Positions 61,032-64,000 of a stretch of DNA of 64,000 bases are shown here, piece after piece. The notes under the pieces are model-generated. The model was not told where the DNA came from. It saw nothing but the letters and a program-made list of their open reading frames with translations, and did no database searches. A program made the translations under genes and the position numbers. The stretch's first letter is position 1; each line of letters starts with the position of its first letter. Source of the stretch: an uncultured Candidatus Binatia bacterium (GTDB lineage: Bacteria > Desulfobacterota > Binatia > UBA9968 > JAJDTQ01); the NCBI GenBank assembly GCA_964291295.2, contig OZ219754.1, forward strand, positions 1,824,001 to 1,888,000. The letters run 5' to 3'.

Positions 61032-61850
61032 ATGCTTGAAGACAGGATCGGCTTCATCGGCGCCGGGAAGATGGGCGGCGCCATCATCAAGGGGATCCTG
61101 AGGGCGGGGCTCGTGGACCGAAGCCGGATCGCCGCCAGCGACCCCGTCGAATCCTTGGGAAAGGCGCTCGTGGAGGAGACCGGCATTCGGTTCATGCAGG
61201 ACAACGCCGGCCTCGTGCAGGCGTCGGATATCGTGATCCTTGCGGTCAAGCCTCAGGTCATGGACGGTGTGTTGCGGGAGCTTGCCGGCGCGGTGCCGGG
61301 GGAAACGTTGTGGGTGTCCATCGCGGCCGGTGTGCCCATCCACCGCATCGAGAGCCTGCTCCCCGAGGGTGCGCGGGTGGTTCGGGTCATGCCCAACACA
61401 CCGTGCCTGGTGGGCCAGGCGGCTTCCGCGTACTCAGGAGGCCGGTGGGCCAGGAGCGAGGACCTCCACAAGGTGGACGAGATCCTGTCCAGCGTCGGGC
61501 TCGCGGTGGCGGTGGAGGAGCATCACCTCGACGCCGTGACGGCCCTGAGCGGCAGTGGCCCGGCCTATGTCTTCCTGTTCATCGAATCGTTGATCGCGGG
61601 CGGCGTTCAGATGGGGCTCAGCCGCGACGTGGCCCACAATCTCGCGCTCCAGACGGTCCATGGTGCGGCGGTGATGGCCCGCGGTGCCGAAGGGCATCTG
61701 GCCGATTTGCGGGACGCGGTGACGTCTCCGGCCGGAACCACGGCGGCGGGACTCCTGGCCCTGGAACAAGGCGGTTTCCGCGCTACTGTCATGGAAGCCG
61801 TGATCGAGGCGGCCGAGCGTTCGCAGGCCCTGGGGCGCGGGGAGCCTTAG
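61032..61850 (+). CDS. proC: Pyrroline-5-carboxylate reductase
   Basis: GFIGAGKMG, AVKPQ, SIAAG, RVMPN, SGSGPAY, VTSPAGTT. AGGAGG RBS. Confidence 0.96.
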   Translation: MLEDRIGFIGAGKMGGAIIKGILRAGLVDRSRIAASDPVESLGKALVEETGIRFMQDNAGLVQASDIVILAVKPQVMDGVLRELAGAVPGETLWVSIAAGVPIHRIESLLPEGARVVRVMPNTPCLVGQAASAYSGGRWARSEDLHKVDEILSSVGLAVAVEEHHLDAVTALSGSGPAYVFLFIESLIAGGVQMGLSRDVAHNLALQTVHGAAVMARGAEGHLADLRDAVTSPAGTTAAGLLALEQGGFRATVMEAVIEAAERSQALGRGEP

Positions 61851-61895
61851 GGTGCCGCCCATGATTCCGACACCGACACCGGGCGCGAGACCGAC

Positions 61896-62789
61896 GTGAC
61901 GAGCCATCGCGCTCCGTTCCCGGGACGCCGCGTACGGCGTCTCGTGCTGCTGCTGGCGTGGCTCCTGGCCGGGCCGGCGCACGCCGAGCAACACGCCCCC
62001 TCCGTCGGCGAGGCGGCGGGGCAGGCATTTCGGAAGATCGTGGAGGCCCGCGGGCAGGCCCGGGCGCAGCGCTATCCGGAGGCTCTGAAGCAACTCGATG
62101 AAGCGGCCTCGCTTGCCGAGGAGCTGGAGGACCGGCTGCCCCTCGCGCTGGCGTTCCACAACAGGGGCGAGGTCCATCTCCTCAGGGGCGAACTCCAGGA
62201 TGCGTGGACGGACTACCACCGGGCGCTGGGCGTCTATGCGGCCATGGGGCACATGGTCGGTGCAGGCCTGGTGCAACGGCGCATCGGCGCGCTGTCACGG
62301 CTTCTCGAAAAATCCCGCGGCATGGCCGAGGCCCCGGTCGGCGCCCGTGCCGGGGCGCTCTCGCCCATCGACCAAGCCGTGGAACGGGTCCGGCGGCGCG
62401 CCCGGGCCGCCGGAGAGGCGGCCGAATCGGGGCCGGTCCGGGTCACTTGGTCCGAGCCTGCGGCAGCGAAAGATTACGGGGAATGGGCCTACGTCGAATC
62501 TCTCAGACGGAAGATCGGAAGCAATACGAGATATCCCGACCACGCCAGGCGAACGGGACAGGAGGGGACCGTCGACGTCGTTTTCGCGGTCCGTCGGAGC
62601 GGCGAGGTCGCCAACCTGGAACTCTCGAAGTCGTCCGGCGTCATCCTCCTCGACCTGGAGGCCCTCCGCAACGTCAGCGAGTCGGCGCCGTTCGACCCGG
62701 TACCCGATGGCGTGGCCGCGGCGGCGCCGTTGACCGTTCGTCTGACCCTCAGCTACCGGTTGCCGGCCGCGCCCGACCGTACACATTGA
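61896..62789 (+). CDS. TPR + TonB C-terminal domain protein
   Basis: Signal-like N-terminus, TPR 'ALAFHNRGEVH...G', 'YPDHARRTGQEGTV...SSG..LLD..AL'. Confidence 0.8.
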   Translation: MTSHRAPFPGRRVRRLVLLLAWLLAGPAHAEQHAPSVGEAAGQAFRKIVEARGQARAQRYPEALKQLDEAASLAEELEDRLPLALAFHNRGEVHLLRGELQDAWTDYHRALGVYAAMGHMVGAGLVQRRIGALSRLLEKSRGMAEAPVGARAGALSPIDQAVERVRRRARAAGEAAESGPVRVTWSEPAAAKDYGEWAYVESLRRKIGSNTRYPDHARRTGQEGTVDVVFAVRRSGEVANLELSKSSGVILLDLEALRNVSESAPFDPVPDGVAAAAPLTVRLTLSYRLPAAPDRTH

Positions 62790-62869
62790 AACACCGGTGA
62801 TGCCGGCCCGATCCCGGGTCCGTTCACCCGATACCGCGGCGATGCCGCTCCGCCGTTCTGGCGCCGCCT

Positions 62870-63661
62870 TCAGGGCGCCTGCGGTTGCCCGCGGGCGTCG
62901 CCAGTGGTGGTGACGGTGGTGATCTGTGCCAGCGCGAACGCGTGCCGCGGTGCGAGGCGGAGGGCGCGGATGTAGTTGAAATCGGCCCGCCCGTGAAATC
63001 CCGCGGCGGCGGCGTTGCGCGCCCGCAGCACATGGACCTCCGCGAGCCAGCCGGCGTCGGCTCCGAGCTTCGACTCCGCGACGTCGAGAAAACTCAGGGA
63101 GTCCGCGTAGTTCTGCAGGAAGTAGTGGGCGCGGGCGATGAAGTAGTGAATGTAGGGGTTGATGGCGTCGATGCCGACGGCCCGCTCGAACCGCGCCAGC
63201 GCGGCCTCGTAGTCTTCGCTGTGCAGAAGCGTCCGGCCCTCTCGTATCAGCTTCATGGAGGCGTCCTGTTGCGGCCCCCTGGCACCGGCGAGGCGGTGGA
63301 GCGGCGGCAGGTCGTACGAGCCGTCCGGCTCCTTGACCGCCGCAGCCCCGAACTCCGAGGCGGGGGCCGCCGTAGAGGGTGCCGCGCCTGCCCGCGCCCC
63401 GGTTCCCGGCACGCTCTCCCGAACTACCGGCGCCGTTTCCCGGCGGGGAATCGGCAGTTCCATTTCGTGAATCGTCCCCTGACGGAACAACGCGGACGTG
63501 TCCGCGCTCGGCCGCGGTTCCTGTGGCCAGCCGCTGCCGGCGGCGAGCAGCGTCACGAGGCAGACCGCCGCGGCGGCGAACGCATCCCGACGTCGCGCCG
63601 TGCCGCGCACCACGACCGGGGAGGCCGGGGATCCATCCAGCGCGTTTCCGAACAGAGACAT
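62870..63661 (-). CDS. TPR-containing exported protein
   Basis: Hydrophobic N-terminal segment; 'ALARFERAVGIDAINPYIHYFIARAHY'. Confidence 0.75.
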   Translation of the reverse strand: MSLFGNALDGSPASPVVVRGTARRRDAFAAAAVCLVTLLAAGSGWPQEPRPSADTSALFRQGTIHEMELPIPRRETAPVVRESVPGTGARAGAAPSTAAPASEFGAAAVKEPDGSYDLPPLHRLAGARGPQQDASMKLIREGRTLLHSEDYEAALARFERAVGIDAINPYIHYFIARAHYFLQNYADSLSFLDVAESKLGADAGWLAEVHVLRARNAAAAGFHGRADFNYIRALRLAPRHAFALAQITTVTTTGDARGQPQAP

Positions 63662-63807
63662 CACAGCAGTATCACCGCCAGCACCGTACCGAGAGCGAAG
63701 GGAACCAGCGCCGCCGGCGGCAGGTTCCCGCTGGCGGTGTCGAGAACCACCAGCAGGGACAGTCCGATGAACACGAGACCGGGATAGGTTACCAGCAACT
63801 CGAGCAT
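63661..63807 (-). CDS. 48-aa small membrane protein (absent from the ORF track)
   Basis: MLELLVTYPGLVFIGLSLLVVLDTASGNLPPAALVPFALGTVLAVILL*; TGATG overlap with the downstream start at 63661. Confidence 0.6.
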   Translation of the reverse strand: MLELLVTYPGLVFIGLSLLVVLDTASGNLPPAALVPFALGTVLAVILL

Positions 63808-64000
63808 GGGTCAGGGTCCGAACGCCCGTTTCGACCGGAAGCGGTCCGATCATCCAACCGTGCAACCCATTGTGGTCCCCGACCTCAAGGGTGTCAAGGC
63901 GGGCGTCGCCGGCACCGCAGACCGCAAGTCCTCCAGGCCGGTCCTCCGGGGCTCGCATGGACTTCACCGGCAGGCGGCAGCCGGAGTCCGGACCGAAACG

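Overview
A GC-rich bacterial chromosome window. The gene content (standalone NMT1-type binding proteins, an orphan Mo-hydroxylase large subunit, ftsK-lolA-dksA, a 'LEPEK..LLAILEDA' hypothetical) resembles Deltaproteobacteria/Binatia-like, possibly host-associated lineages; this is inference only. Housekeeping blocks are qNOR, thyX, tkt-tal-rpe, glnA-amtB, ATP-grasp/alpha-E/transglutaminase, tRNA-Ala(GGC), recN-nadK, hemH, plsC-rnj-ftsK-lolA-dksA and proC. They alternate with decaying IS-rich patches. The main feature is 18.0-27.6 kb. Two divergently oriented, intact paralogous surface lipoproteins with TbpB-like C-terminal barrels share conserved 5' ends but have hypervariable loops. Alongside them are a third relic copy and two broken Slam (T11SS) genes. 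The segment between the intact copies holds an in-frame IS5/DUF4338/IS1634 chimera and a sigma70 promoter with a G17 tract between -35 and -10. Together this is a candidate phase/antigenic-variation locus. Other notable items: a metzincin + VNTR + barrel lipoprotein, an Rpn gene with an internal antitoxin-like start bracketed by inverted IS630 ends, an RTX gene frameshifted in a G7 run, a periplasmic-sensor partner-switching operon, and an uncalled 48-aa membrane protein. All assignments come from motif recognition by eye; no database searches were run.
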